From: an uncultured Gemmatimonadales bacterium | GTDB lineage: Bacteria > Gemmatimonadota > Gemmatimonadetes > Gemmatimonadales > GWC2-71-9 | Length of the DNA stretch: 64,000 nt | Reading direction: 5' to 3' | Assembly (NCBI GenBank): GCA_963844035.1 | Contig: CAWJMT010000032.1 | Location: 1-64,000 of the forward strand | In this document: in pieces, positions 1 through 10,901 of the stretch | Position numbering within the stretch: position 1 is the first letter of the stretch | How the letters are laid out: the number at the start of each line of letters is the position of its first letter | The notes under the pieces: generated by a model | What the model was told of the DNA's origin: nothing | Databases searched by the model: none | What the model saw: the letters and a program-made list of their open reading frames with translations, nothing else | Program-made: the position numbers and the translations under genes

Positions 1-2406
1 CCGTCCGCACCGGCCGCCCGTCGCGAACGCCTCCTACTGCGCCGAACTGCGAGCCGGCAAACCAGGTCAGCGAGTCGCGCGTCCCCGCGCCGGCGACGGA
101 CGCCCTGGCAAACGCGAGCCGCCCGTGCCGCAGCGAATCGAGCGCCCCGTCGAACCGGATGCGGGGGACGGGGCCCGCCTGGTACACCAGCTGGCACGCC
201 CGCCCGGCATCTCCCAATCGCGCCACCGCACGCGCTCTGCGGCGCCGCGCACCTCGATCGTCAGGGAATCGAGCGCCCCACTGCAACGTCAGCTCCACGC
301 GCGCGGCGCCGCGGAGCGCCCGGCCGCGGGGCTTCTCGGTCGTATCGGGTCCCACCAGCCACGTGAGCACGGAATCGAGCGAGGTCAGGGTGTCGGCGGT
401 GAAATCGAGCGCGACGGTACCGCCGGCCGGACGCTTCCACCCCAGGGCGCCGGTCCCCGTCACCAGAAGGCCCGGCCGGCCGACGCGCAGCGAGTCCAGC
501 TGGATCTGACCGTCCGCGAATCGGATGACTGCCCGGCCGGTGTCGAGCTCCACGCCCACCACCCGCGATCGGGCGAGCGTCGCCGCGAGTGCGCCCACCG
601 GGGCCTCCCCGCTGTCCTGCGCCAGGCTCCCCGCGACCGTGAAGCTCAGGCGGGATCCGGGCCCGCCGCCACTCCAGTGCGCCAAGTCGATGTCCCGGGC
701 CCGCAGGGTGAGATCGCGAACGCCGGTGCGCGACTCGAGCAGGGTGACGATGCCGGTTACACCCACCACTCCCGCCAGCTGACGCAAGGTTTGCGTGTGC
801 TTCCATGGCGGCGAGCGTGCCGTCGAGCTGAATCGGCCCGCTGACCGCACCATGGAGCGGCAGTCGCGGGAAGCTGCCGCGCAGTCCGTCGAACGACAGC
901 GAGTCGGCGCGCACGTCGGCGAAGAGGGCGATCGTGTCGGTCCGGGTGTCGAGCCCCACGGTGCCATTCACCACGCTCGGAGGCCGGTTGCCGTCGCGAT
1001 GCAGCAGCTTGCCGGTGAAGCGGGCGTTGTGCAGCGCGCCAGTCAGCGTCCCCACGGCGCCAAGCTCCCCGTTCAGCGTGACCGCGGGGGCGAGCTTGCG
1101 GATGGTACGGAAATCCACCGTCGCCGCCGTCACGAAGAACGGCTGGAAGCGCATCCCGTCCTGATCCCGCAGGTTGATTTCACCGTTCCCGCTCACGTGC
1201 GAGCTGGGCCGGCCTGCCACGAGCGAATCGCGAAACGTCCAGTCCACCTCGATCGACAGCGCACGCATGGGGCCGTCGGCAATCGCACGCCCGGACAGCC
1301 AGCCGTAGAACGGCAGCGTGTCCACCAGCGTGCGCGGGAAGTCGAGGTCGAAATCGTGGGCGACCAGGTCGGCGTCGCGCACTCCCACCAGGCCGGAATC
1401 GGCCAGGCTCAGGGTCGTGAGCCGGCCGCTGAGTGACCCACCGGCGTACCGCAGGTCGAGCGGGTCGAGCCGCACCTCGAGCAGCCGGCCGCTGTGCGAG
1501 CGCACCTGCACGCCACCCCGCAGCACCGCGGTGGGGGGCAGGCGCGGCAGCATGAAGCGCACGTCCCCCAACGTGCCGGAATCGGCGCGCACCGTGAGGT
1601 CATAGAGCAGCGTATCGCGCGGCCAGCGGACGCTGCCGCGGCCCGCGAGCTTGGAGGCCGGGAGCTCCAGGTTGGCCAGGTCCACGGCGACTGAATCGCC
1701 GACCACGTCGACCCGGCCTTTGACGTCGGTGAGGACGAACTCGGGATCGCTGCTCGGTGACGGCGAGGTGCGCGAGCTGGAAATGGATCCCGGGCACCCG
1801 GGGCGAAGAAACGACCAGCCGCGCGACCATCGCATCGAGATGCTCGAACCGCCGGATGCGGCGCCGGCCATCGCGGTCCAGATGGTCGATCTCGCGACCC
1901 TCCACGCTCGCCGCGCTCCGGTCCTGCAGGCGCAGGGTGAGGGTGCCGTCGCGGATCCGGACGTTGCGGAACAGGATCAGCGGGGGGGCCTTCCGGGGAC
2001 CGGTGGACGGGCGGCCGAGGCGCAGCACGTTTTCGAAGTTGAGGCGGCCGTTCTTGTGTTGGACGATGTTGATCACGGGCTGGTGCAGGTCGAGGGAGAG
2101 CAGCACGAATCGCCCGGCGGCCAGGGAGAACGGATTGAACGTTGCGTCCACCTGCGGCAGCGCCGCGACCAGCGTCGTATCGAGGTCGAACACCCGGACG
2201 TTGTTGAGCGTGACGCCCGTCAGGAGCGGGCCACGCACGTCGCCGATTTCCACGCTGCCGTCCACCGCGTGCCGCACGGCGTCGGTCGCGACCCGCGTGA
2301 GCAGCTGGCGCCCGGCCCCGGTGCCGACCAGGGCGCTCAACGCGCCGAGAAACGACGCCATGAGGCCCGCCACCAGCCACAGCGCCCCGGCCAGCGAGTG
2401 GCGGAC
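1..2406 (-). CDS. TamB/AsmA-like translocation and assembly module protein (frameshifted, runs off left edge; start approximate)
   Basis: N-terminal TM anchor (LWLVAGLMASFLGALSALVGT) followed by beta-rich repeats across ORFs 1600..2454 and 261..1871; directly downstream of an Omp85-family gene. Confidence 0.7.
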
Positions 2407-2408
2407 CG

Positions 2409-4524
2409 TCAGAACGCCTGCCCCACCGAGAACTGCACGACGATGCGATTCCAAAACCCGGTCGGACGGGGAGGCTGATACGTACGGCCCGGAATCAGGG
2501 TGAGGCTGCTGTCGGTCTTGTTCTGGTAGTAGAGCGGGCCTGGCTCGCCGAGGTACCCATTGTACGCGGCGTCGATGCGGACCGGGCCGAGCGGCGTCGT
2601 GAACCGCAACCCCGCGCCCGGCGTGACGCGTACGCCCCGCACGTCGTACGCCTCACCATTCTGCACCCAGACCTGGCCGGCGTCCACGAACAGGGCGACC
2701 CGCATCCGATCCGGGAAGATCGGCGTGGCAAGCCGCACTTCGGTGTTGAGCGTGAACACCGAGCTGCCGCCGGTCGGGGAGGACTGCACGTTGGAGAACG
2801 TGCTGTCCCCCGCCCCGGTCACGGTCAGCTGGTCGCTGACGTAGACCTGGGGGCCCAGCCCGTTGCGGGGGTAGCCGCGCACCGAGTTCGGCCCGCCGCC
2901 GTAGAAGCGCTGATCGGGCGGGACGAATCGTACGGTTTGGCCGGCCAAGGCGATCTCCCGCGCCGGAAAGATCCGACCCGCCCGGACCCGCCAGGCGAAC
3001 ACGCTGCGCCGGCCCACGGGATAGTAGCGCGACAGCTCCGCCTCGACGCGGGAGAACTCATACAGCGTATCCGAGCCCACCCAGCGGGAGGCGTACATCA
3101 GGCCCACGGTCGCCAGACCGCCGGTGGTGGGGTCGAGAATCGAGTTCAGCTTGTTGCGGACGCCGGTCAGGGTCAACGCGGCGAAGGGGCGCGACTTGCC
3201 GAGCAGCGCCTGGTCCTGCGGCGTCACACAGGTTGAAGACGCTGCAGTACACCGCGGCCGCGGCGATGGTGCGGCCCACCGTGTACACGTACCCGAGGAC
3301 CACGGGGACGTCGCGCCGGGCATTGATCGTCACCGAGGGATTCACGCCAACGGCCTGGCGGATGTACGCCCGGTATTCGGAGCGGCGCTCGGCGAACACG
3401 CCCAGCCGCGCCGTGTTACGCGGCGAGAGAAACGTCGGCTGCCGCAGTGTCAGTCCCACGCTGTAGTTCAAGGTGTCCGACGTGAAGTCCGACGCGAGCG
3501 ACTGGCACGCGTTGTTCGCGAACCCGAGATCCAACGGGGCCCCCACCCCGATCTTCGAAACGCTGCCGTTCAGGTCCAGGGCCCGTACTCCCCCAAGAAA
3601 GTTGTATGCCGTCCAACCGCTCTGGATGCGCAAGCAGTCGATCGTTCCGTACCCCACGCCCGTGAACACCCGATGCCCCGGGCCTTCGCGCAGGTGCACC
3701 GCCACTCGGACCAGGGAATCGCTGGGAGAGGACGGGGGCAGGGAGTCCTCGAGCACCACGCTCACCGAGCGGAATACCCCGAGGGCGTAGAGATCGCGCT
3801 GCGTCCGATACAGCAGGTCCCGCCGGAACTGGTCCTGCGGCTTGACCCTCAGCAACGACCGGATCGTGGCCGTGTCGAGGCGCTGCAGCCCCAGAATCGC
3901 CACCTCGCCGACCTTCATGCGCGGTCCCGGCACGATCTCCAGGGTCGCCTCGGCGCTCAGGGCCGCGTCGTCCTGGTCGAAGTTTCGCAGCACCTGCGCG
4001 TAGGGAAAGCCGCGATTGTACAGGCGCCCCACGATGGTGTCCGCGGACGCCTGGAGCCGGAGCCGGCTGAACGGGGCTCCGACCTCGAGGGAGAGATCCT
4101 TCCTGAGCTTGGGGATGTTGAACAGCGACTCGGCGCCCACGATGTCCAGCCGCGTCAGGCGCACCGGCTCGCCCTCGTGAATGCGGAACGTGATGAACGC
4201 GTCCCGGGGGGTGCGGCGCACGAGCGTGTCGATGACCACGTTCACGTAGCCGCTGCGGCGGAACAGCAGTATCAACCGCAGCACGTCGCGGCGGAACTCG
4301 GTCTCGTTCAGGTACTTCTTTTCGCCGAGATGGATCCAGCGCAACCACCACAGGCGGGCAAACGCGCTCGACCGGGTGGTCGAGATCGCGGCGGCCAGCG
4401 TGTAGTCGTCGAGGGCGTGATTGCCCTGGAAGGAGAGCTCCCGCACCACTCGCTGCTCCTGCTGCGCGGCGAGAGGAGCCGCCGCGGACAGAGCGGCGAA
4501 CAGGACGAGTACGCGGGCACGCAA
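2409..4524 (-). CDS. TamA/BamA (Omp85) family outer membrane protein with POTRA domains (frameshift near 3220)
   Basis: Signal peptide, POTRA-like segments, FYGGGPNSVRGY motif, TPLGPVRIDAAY and C-terminal FSVGQAF. Confidence 0.9.
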
Positions 4525-4548
4525 GGGATGAGGTTCGGCTGACTCCGT

Positions 4549-4577
4549 ACAATCACCAAGGCGGGCGGGACTGTCAA
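4549..4577 (-). promoter_or_regulatory. Putative sigma70 promoter for tamA/tamB-like operon
   Basis: TTGACA (4572-4577) + 17 nt + GATTGT on minus strand. Confidence 0.45.
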
Positions 4578-4591
4578 CCTTTTCGACACTG

Positions 4592-4657
4592 GAGACGGGG
4601 AGGTGGTGGAGGCTGGAGGTGGCGGAGGTGAACCGCCTCGCACCGCCCCCTCGTCTC
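4592..4657. repeat. Degenerate ~9-mer (GGAGGTGGC) tandem repeat forming an imperfect inverted repeat
   Basis: gagacggggaggtggtggaggctggaggtggcggaggtg ... accgcctcgcaccgccccctcgtctc. Confidence 0.6.
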
Positions 4658-5679
4658 TAGTCTTCCGTCTGCCCGAACAGCGCCATGTTGCTCGAGTGTC
4701 CCGGCTCGACCTTGGCCGTCGGGTTGATGAAGTGCACGGCGTGGTTCACCGCGATGCTCGCTTCCGCGACGCCGGTCGCGATGAGTTTCAGCTTGCCGGG
4801 ATAGGTGGTGATGTCGCCCGCGGCGAAGATCCCCGGAATGTTGGTCGCCATGGTGGACGCGACCTTGATGTCGCCCTTCTCGAGGTCCAGTCCCCACTCG
4901 GCGATCGCGCCGAGCGACGAGAGGAATCCGAGCTGGGGAATGACGGCGTCGAAGGCGAGCGTATCCTCTTCTTTGGTCTTGTTGTTGTAGAGGGTGACGC
5001 GCTCCACCGAGTCGGTCCCGTGGATCGCCCGCACCTCCCAGAAGGTGCGCAGCTCCATGCGACCGGCGGCGCACAGCTGCTCCACCTGCCGTACGGTGGC
5101 CGCGTGGGCGCGGAAGCCGTCGCGGCGGTGCACCATCACGATGTGCTTGGCGATGCCCTGGAGGTTGACCGCCCAGTCGAAGGCGGAGTCGCCGCCGCCC
5201 ACCAGCAGCACCCGCTTGTCGGCGAACGCCTTGGGGTCGAGCACGCGATCGAACACCCCGCGCCCGTACCAGCGGTCCACGTCCTTGAGCGGCAGCTTGC
5301 GCGGGGTGAACGCGCCGATGCCGCCCGCGATCAGGACCGTGTGCGACGGATACTCGTCCTTGTCGGTAACCAGTACGAAGCGCGGACGCCCGTCGTCCGA
5401 CTCCTGCGCAGCCCGATCACCTTCTCGGCCAGGTGAACGGGTGCGCGAAACTGGAGCCGCCTGCTCGGCCATGCCCCGCACCAGGTCCTTGGCGAGCACC
5501 TTGGGAAAGCCGGCGACGTCGAAGATGTACTTCTCGGGGTAGAGCGCGGTGAGCTGGCCGCCGACCTGGTCGAGGTTGTCGATCAGCCGGCACGACGCCC
5601 CGCGCATGCCGCCGTAGAACGCGCCGAACAGGCCGGTCGGGCCTGCCCCGATGATCGTGATGTCTTTGAGTTCCTGCAT
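4657..5679 (-). CDS. Thioredoxin-reductase-like ferredoxin/flavodoxin-NADP+ reductase (YumC type)
   Basis: IIGAGPTG FAD motif, GGQLTALYPEKYIFDVAGFP, GGGDSAFDW, PGHSS C-terminus; no CxxC; compensating indels near 5400-5450. Confidence 0.9.
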   Translation of the reverse strand: MQELKDITIIGAGPTGLFGAFYGGMRGASCRLIDNLDQVGGQLTALYPEKYIFDVAGFPKVLAKDLVRGMAEQAAPVSRTRSPGREGDRAAQESDDGRPRFVLVTDKDEYPSHTVLIAGGIGAFTPRKLPLKDVDRWYGRGVFDRVLDPKAFADKRVLLVGGGDSAFDWAVNLQGIAKHIVMVHRRDGFRAHAATVRQVEQLCAAGRMELRTFWEVRAIHGTDSVERVTLYNNKTKEEDTLAFDAVIPQLGFLSSLGAIAEWGLDLEKGDIKVASTMATNIPGIFAAGDITTYPGKLKLIATGVAEASIAVNHAVHFINPTAKVEPGHSSNMALFGQTED

Positions 5680-5757
5680 CCGGGCAACTGTAAGGGTAGA
5701 GGTGGGCGTGGAGCAAGCTCCTCGCGCCGCCCTTCCATGGGCGATAGGTTCCGCGCG

Positions 5758-6303
5758 GTGAAGATCTACACCAAGACGGGCGATGCCGGGGACACCGGCT
5801 TGTTGGGGGGGGGCCGCGTCCGCAAGGACGATCCGCGCGTCGCCGCCTACGGCCAGGTGGATGAGTTGTGCGCCGTCATCGGATTGGCACTGGCGCTCGA
5901 CCCGCAGGATTTCTCGCGCGACGCGCTCGAGCGCATCCAACGCGATCTGTTTACGATCGGTGCGGAGCTCGCCACCCCGGACCCCGCAGCCCTCCCGCGA
6001 GTGCTGCCTGGGAAACCGATCGGCGAGCCCGAAATCCATGCCCTGGAGACGATCATCGACTCGAGGGAGGAGACGCTCGCACCGCTCAAGAACTTCATTC
6101 TCCCGGGCGGCACGCCGAAGGCCGCCGCTCTGCACGTCGCGCGTACCGTGTGCCGGCGCGCCGAGCGTGCCGTCGTGTCCCTCGGGCGCGGCACGGACGT
6201 GTCTCCGGCCGTCGTGACCTACCTGAATCGCCTGTCTGACCTGCTGTTCGTCCTGGCGCGCTCCGCCAATGCGGCCGGCGGCCGCCCCGACGTCAAATGG
6301 TGA
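5758..6303 (+). CDS. PduO-type ATP:cob(I)alamin adenosyltransferase
   Basis: KIYTKTGDAG, YGQVDEL, FILPGG, RTVCRRAER, YLNRLSDLLF motifs. Confidence 0.93.
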   Translation: MKIYTKTGDAGDTGLLGGGRVRKDDPRVAAYGQVDELCAVIGLALALDPQDFSRDALERIQRDLFTIGAELATPDPAALPRVLPGKPIGEPEIHALETIIDSREETLAPLKNFILPGGTPKAAALHVARTVCRRAERAVVSLGRGTDVSPAVVTYLNRLSDLLFVLARSANAAGGRPDVKW

Positions 6304-7406
6304 CCATCCGCGTTCCCATCCGCGAGGAGCGCGATGCGTCGTACGACATCGTGATCGGCGGTGCGCTCCTCGGGGACCTCGCCGGGCTGCTCGCCCGTCA
6401 CTGCCCTGCGGCGCGCTACGCCGTCATCACCGATTCGCACGTCGGCCCGCTGTACGGCGAAGCGACGATGTCCCGGTTGCGCGCCGCCGGCCTCGCGGCG
6501 GAGCGGTTCGAGTTTCCGGCCGGCGAATGGAACAAGACGCGGCACGTCTGGTCGTCGCTGTGCGACCAGATGCTCGCCGCGAGGTTCGGACGTGACTGCG
6601 CCGTGATCGCGCTCGGCGGTGGCGTGGTGGGTGACCTGGCCGGGTTCGTGGCCGCGACCTACCTGCGCGGCGTGCCGTACGTCCAGGTGCCGACGACGCT
6701 GCTCGCCATGATCGACTCCTCGATCGGGGGCAAGACGGGCGTCGACGTGCCCGCCGGCAAGAACCTGCTCGGCGCGTTTCACCAGCCGCGGCTCGTGGTG
6801 GTCGATCGCGACGTGCTCGCCTCGCTGCCGCGCGCGCAGCTCGTCGCCGGGATGGCCGAGGCGGTGAAGCACGGCGTCATTGCCGACGCCGACTACTTCG
6901 CGTTTCTCGAGGCCGCACACGAACGCGCCCTCGCCCGCGACCCCGCGGCGATCGACCGCCTCATTACCCGCTCGATCGAGATCAAGGCCGAAGTCGTAGC
7001 CGCCGACGAGCGCGAGATCGGCCGCCGCGCCATCCTCAATTTCGGCCACACCGTGGGTCACGCCGTGGAAGCGGCGACCCAATACACGCTGCTGCATGGC
7101 GAGGCCGTGGCGATCGGGATGGCGTACGAAGCGCGACTCGCTGAAGCGCTCACACTGGCCGCGCCGGGCACGGCGCGCCGCATTCGCGCACTGCTCGAGC
7201 GCGTCGGGTTGCCGCTCGAGCGTCCGGCGGGCGCCGGCATCGACGATTTGATGCTGGCGATGCGCCTCGACAAGAAGGCGCGCGCCGCGACGGTGCGGTT
7301 TGCGCTGCCGCAAACGGTGGGGGCGATGTCGGGCGACGACGAAAAAGGATGGACCGTGGCTGCGCCGGAGCAACTGCTGCGCGACGTGCTGAGCGACGTG
7401 CCGTAA
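6297..7406 (+). CDS. aroB: 3-dehydroquinate synthase
   Basis: GGGVVGDLAGF, PTTLLAMIDSSIGGKTG, LNFGHTVGHAVE, HGEAVAIG. Confidence 0.96.
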   Translation: MVTIRVPIREERDASYDIVIGGALLGDLAGLLARHCPAARYAVITDSHVGPLYGEATMSRLRAAGLAAERFEFPAGEWNKTRHVWSSLCDQMLAARFGRDCAVIALGGGVVGDLAGFVAATYLRGVPYVQVPTTLLAMIDSSIGGKTGVDVPAGKNLLGAFHQPRLVVVDRDVLASLPRAQLVAGMAEAVKHGVIADADYFAFLEAAHERALARDPAAIDRLITRSIEIKAEVVAADEREIGRRAILNFGHTVGHAVEAATQYTLLHGEAVAIGMAYEARLAEALTLAAPGTARRIRALLERVGLPLERPAGAGIDDLMLAMRLDKKARAATVRFALPQTVGAMSGDDEKGWTVAAPEQLLRDVLSDVP

Positions 7407-7451
7407 ATGGAGCGCGCGCCCGCCGTCATCGGTCGATCACCCTGCGATCAA

Positions 7452-7686
7452 TTGGTCACACCCGCATCAACAACTTCCCAACACGTGTGCACACCTGTGC
7501 ACAACGCCGATTACCGACAGTTCTCCACAGGGCATGTGGATAGTGGATAAACGGCACAATCTTCCGCAGGCAAACGATTTGTGATGTGGATAACTAGGGG
7601 GATTTGCATGGGTGCAAGGGTGTTCCCTATATTCACATCACTCAAGAAGGCCCGCGCGGCGGGACTTTGTCCCGTCTCAATCCACA
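7452..7686. promoter_or_regulatory. Cluster of DnaA boxes (candidate oriC or DnaA-regulated promoter)
   Basis: Perfect TGTGGATAA 7585-7593; one-mismatch boxes TTCTCCACA 7521, TGTGGATAG 7535, AGTGGATAA 7542, TGTGCACAA 7496, ATATTCACA 7629; weaker ones at 7452, 7485, 7511, 7678; locally lower GC. Confidence 0.7.
7604..7633 (+). promoter_or_regulatory. Putative promoter of sigma factor gene
   Basis: TTGCAT (7604-7609) + 18 nt + TATATT (7628-7633). Confidence 0.5.
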
Positions 7687-7717
7687 ACCTAAGTCAGTGC
7701 ACCGTGGGAGTCCCTCG

Positions 7718-8611
7718 ATGGCCCGTTCGAGTGGAGTGAAACCCAAGGCGTTTTTTCGAGCTAATCCGTCCGGCGCATTCGATCAATACCTACAAGACAT
7801 CCAGAAGCTCCCACTGATAAAAGATCCGGCTGAAGAGCGTCGTCTCGCGCGACGGGTCCAGCGGGGCGACGAAAAAGCTGCAGAGCGGTTGGTCACGGCA
7901 AATCTTCGATTCGTCATCTCGTATGTAAAGAAATATCAGGGTCACGGTCTCGATCTCTCCGAGCTGGTCGCCATCGGCAATGAAGGTCTCCTCAAAGCGG
8001 TCAAGAAATTCGATCCCGATCAGGGCGTGAAGTTCATCTCGTACGCCGTGTGGTGGGTCCGCCAGGCCGTCCTGAAAGCCCTTGCCGAGCAAACGCGCAG
8101 CGTCCGTATCCCGCTGAACCAGAACTCGCAGTTGATCCGCATGAGCCGTACCGAGACCTACCTGTCCCAGGAGCTGGGACGCGAGCCGACCGACAATGAG
8201 ATCGCGCGGGCGCTCGATGACTCCGTGGAAAACGTTAGAACCGCCCGAAGGATGACGGCCGCCGAGCTATCGCTCGACGCGCCGGTTGATCGCAGCGATC
8301 GGGACGCGGCCACCTTGGGTGAACGGTTTGCCGGACAAGAAGGTGGTGAGATCGAGGAACACACCGACGGCAAGCTGATGCGCGATTTCGTCGACCGCAT
8401 CTTCCACAAGTACCTGACCCCCCGCGAACGCAAGATCCTCTATCTCTACTACGGTCTCGAAGAAGGCAGCGAGGCGATGACCTTGGAGAAGATCGGCGCC
8501 CTGATGGGTGTGACGCGCGAACGTATCCGCCAGATCCGGGAGCGCGCCTTCGAGAAGCTGCGGGAGTCGCCGGATGGCCGGGCACTCAAGGGATTTTGGA
8601 GAGCGGCCTAG
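7718..8611 (+). CDS. RpoD/SigA-family sigma-70 factor, short form lacking region 1.1
   Basis: DQYLQDI (1.2), LVTANLRFVIS, GNEGLLKAVKKFDP, KFISYAVWWVRQ, RSVRIPLN, TLEKIG..MGVTRERIRQI; GGGAG upstream of ATG 7718. Confidence 0.95.
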   Translation: MARSSGVKPKAFFRANPSGAFDQYLQDIQKLPLIKDPAEERRLARRVQRGDEKAAERLVTANLRFVISYVKKYQGHGLDLSELVAIGNEGLLKAVKKFDPDQGVKFISYAVWWVRQAVLKALAEQTRSVRIPLNQNSQLIRMSRTETYLSQELGREPTDNEIARALDDSVENVRTARRMTAAELSLDAPVDRSDRDAATLGERFAGQEGGEIEEHTDGKLMRDFVDRIFHKYLTPRERKILYLYYGLEEGSEAMTLEKIGALMGVTRERIRQIRERAFEKLRESPDGRALKGFWRAA

Positions 8612-8638
8612 CCACCCAAGGACGTCTGCTCGTACCAG

Positions 8639-8668
8639 GGGTCAGGAGCACGTGCTCCTGACCCTTTT
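8639..8668 (+). terminator. Rho-independent terminator after sigma factor
   Basis: Perfect palindrome gggtcaggagcacgtgctcctgaccc followed by tttt. Confidence 0.8.
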
Positions 8669-8722
8669 GCTTGGCGCCGGCCGGCCCCCCGCTCCTCTCC
8701 GGGCCCGGTTACTTTCCTAGCC

Positions 8723-9412
8723 ATGCCCCGTGAGCTCCCGATTTTTCCGCTGCCGCTGGTGTTGTTTCCCGGAGCCCCGCAGGCGTTGCACATCTTCGAG
8801 CCCCGCTACCGCCAGATGCTGGCCGATTGCCTCGCGGGTGACCGCCGCTTCGGGATCGTCTACGTCCCGGCCCGGACGGCCGCGCGGGGCAGATCCGATG
8901 CCGAGCCCGGGCGAAGTCGGTTGCGTGGCGGTGATCCAGTCGAGTCACCCGCTCCCCGACGGGCGGTCCGACATTCTGACCGCCGGCGAGCGACGCTTCC
9001 GCCTGCTGCAATGGTGCCCGGACGAACGGCTCTACCGGCGGGCGCTCGTCGAAGAGTTCGACGACGACGCCGCGGCGCCGGAGGAGGCAGCCGCGCTGGC
9101 CGCCGCCGTGCGCCGCGGGTTTCGCGGTCTGACGGAGGCGCTCGGCACCCTGGCCGGGCACGACGTCGCGATACCGGTCGACCTCCCGCCGATCCCGCCG
9201 CGCTGTCGTTCCGCGTGGCGGCGGCCCTCGAGCTCGAAGCAGCGGCCAAGCAGGCGCTGCTCGCCACCCAGAGCACCACCGCGCGCCTGAGCCAGCTGGC
9301 GCGGCTGCTCGAGCCGCTCACCGTCGAGGCGGAGCAGCGCGCCGTGGTGCACGAGCGGGCCGGGCGGAACGGCCGTGGCGGCGCCCGTCCCCACATCGAG
9401 CCCGCGACGTGA
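8723..9412 (+). CDS. LON peptidase substrate-binding (N-terminal) domain protein (frameshifted)
   Basis: LPIFPLPLVLFPG..LHIFEPRYRQML, LPDGRSDIL..GERRF, KQALL; pieces in two frames. Confidence 0.85.
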   Translation: MPRELPIFPLPLVLFPGAPQALHIFEPRYRQMLADCLAGDRRFGIVYVPARTAARGRSDAEPGRSRLRGGDPVESPAPRRAVRHSDRRRATLPPAAMVPGRTALPAGARRRVRRRRRGAGGGSRAGRRRAPRVSRSDGGARHPGRARRRDTGRPPADPAALSFRVAAALELEAAAKQALLATQSTTARLSQLARLLEPLTVEAEQRAVVHERAGRNGRGGARPHIEPAT

Positions 9413-10860
9413 TCGACCGCGCCCTGGTGAACGCACTGGCGCAGATCGTCGGGCCGGCGCACACCCGGACCGCCACCGCCGAGCGCGCCACGTATGCCAT
9501 GGACGGGCTGACGACCCACACCAGCGTCCCCGGAGTGGTGGTGCTCCCGGGCAGCCGCGACGAGGTCATCGCCATCATCCGGCTGCTCGCGATCCATGGC
9601 GTGCCCTTCGTCCCGCGCGGGGCCGGGACCGGGCTGTCGGGCGGCGCGCTCGCGAGCGAAGGCGCGGTGCTGATCGTGCTCACCCGCCTGAATCGCATCC
9701 TCACGATCGACCCGGTGAACCGCTTCGCGGTGGTGGAGCCCGGGGTGGTGAACGTCAAACTGTCGGCCGCCGTCGCGCCGCACGGCCTGCTGTACGCCCC
9801 CGATCCCGTCGAGTCAGACCGCGTGCACCATCGGCGGCAACGTGGCGGAGAACGCGGGCGGGCCTCACTGCCTCAAGTACGGCGCGACGGTCAGCAACCT
9901 GCTCGCGCTCGAGGTCGTGCTCGCGGACGGCCAGGTGGTGCAGCTCGGCAGCCCGGGGGGCGAGCCCTGGGGGCCCGACCTGGTCGGCCTGTTCACCGGC
10001 TCGGAGGGAAATTTCGGCGTCGCCACGCGCATCGCCGTGCGCCTGCTCCCGGTGCCGCGAGCGGTGCGCACGCTGCTCGCGGACTTCAGCTCGCTCCGGA
10101 CCGCGGGAGCAGGCGGTGTCGGCGGTGATTGCGAGCGGCATCGTGCCCGCGGCGCTCGAGATGATGGACCAGTCGTGCATCGGCGCCGTCGAAGACTCGG
10201 TGTACGCCGCCGGATATCCGCGCGATGCCGCCGCGGTCCTGCTCACCGAGCTGGACGGCCGGGATGACGCCGCGGTGCAGGCGGAAGCCGAGAGCGTGGA
10301 AGCGATCCTCGCGGCGCACGGCGCCCGGTCGGTGCGCACGGCCGCGGACGCTGGGGAGCGCGCGCGGTTGTGGCAGGGCCGCAAGAAGGCGTTCGGCGCG
10401 ATGGGCCGGCTGTCGCGCGACCTCGTGGTGCAGGACGCGGTCGTCCCTCGTTCGGCGCTGCCCGACGTGCTCGAAAGGATCGGCGAGATCGCCGCGCGGT
10501 ACGGTCTGAGGGTGAGCAACGTGTTCCATGCCGGAGACGGCAACCTGCATCCGAACATTTCGTTCGACAGCCGCATTCCCGGGCTCACGGAGCGGGTCGA
10601 GGCGGCAAGCGGGGAGATCATGGCGGCGTGCATCGCCGTGGGAGGCACCATCACGGGTGAGCACGGCATCGGGCTCGACAAACTGCGGTACATGCCGCAC
10701 ATCTTCGACGGCGACTCGCTCGCGGCCATGCACGCGGTGCGGCTGGTGTTCGATCCCGCCGAGCGAGTAAACCCCGGCAAGGTGATCCCGATGCATGCGT
10801 GTCGTGAGTGGGCTGGAGCACCGGGAGTGCGGAATGCGGAGCGCGGAATGCGGAATGGAA
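9409..10860 (+). CDS. glcD: FAD-linked oxidase, glycolate oxidase GlcD-like (frameshifted; 3' end uncertain)
   Basis: [49 protein letters not shown]. Confidence 0.85.
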
Positions 10861-10895
10861 ACCAACTCCGCACTCCGCATTCCGCATTCCGCATT
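10824..10895. repeat. Heptamer (GCGGAAT/ATTCCGC) tandem arrays in inverted orientation
   Basis: ggagt gcggaat gcggagc gcggaat gcggaat gg ... actccgc actccgc attccgc attccgc att. Confidence 0.9.
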
Positions 10896-10901
10896 GGAAC
10901 C

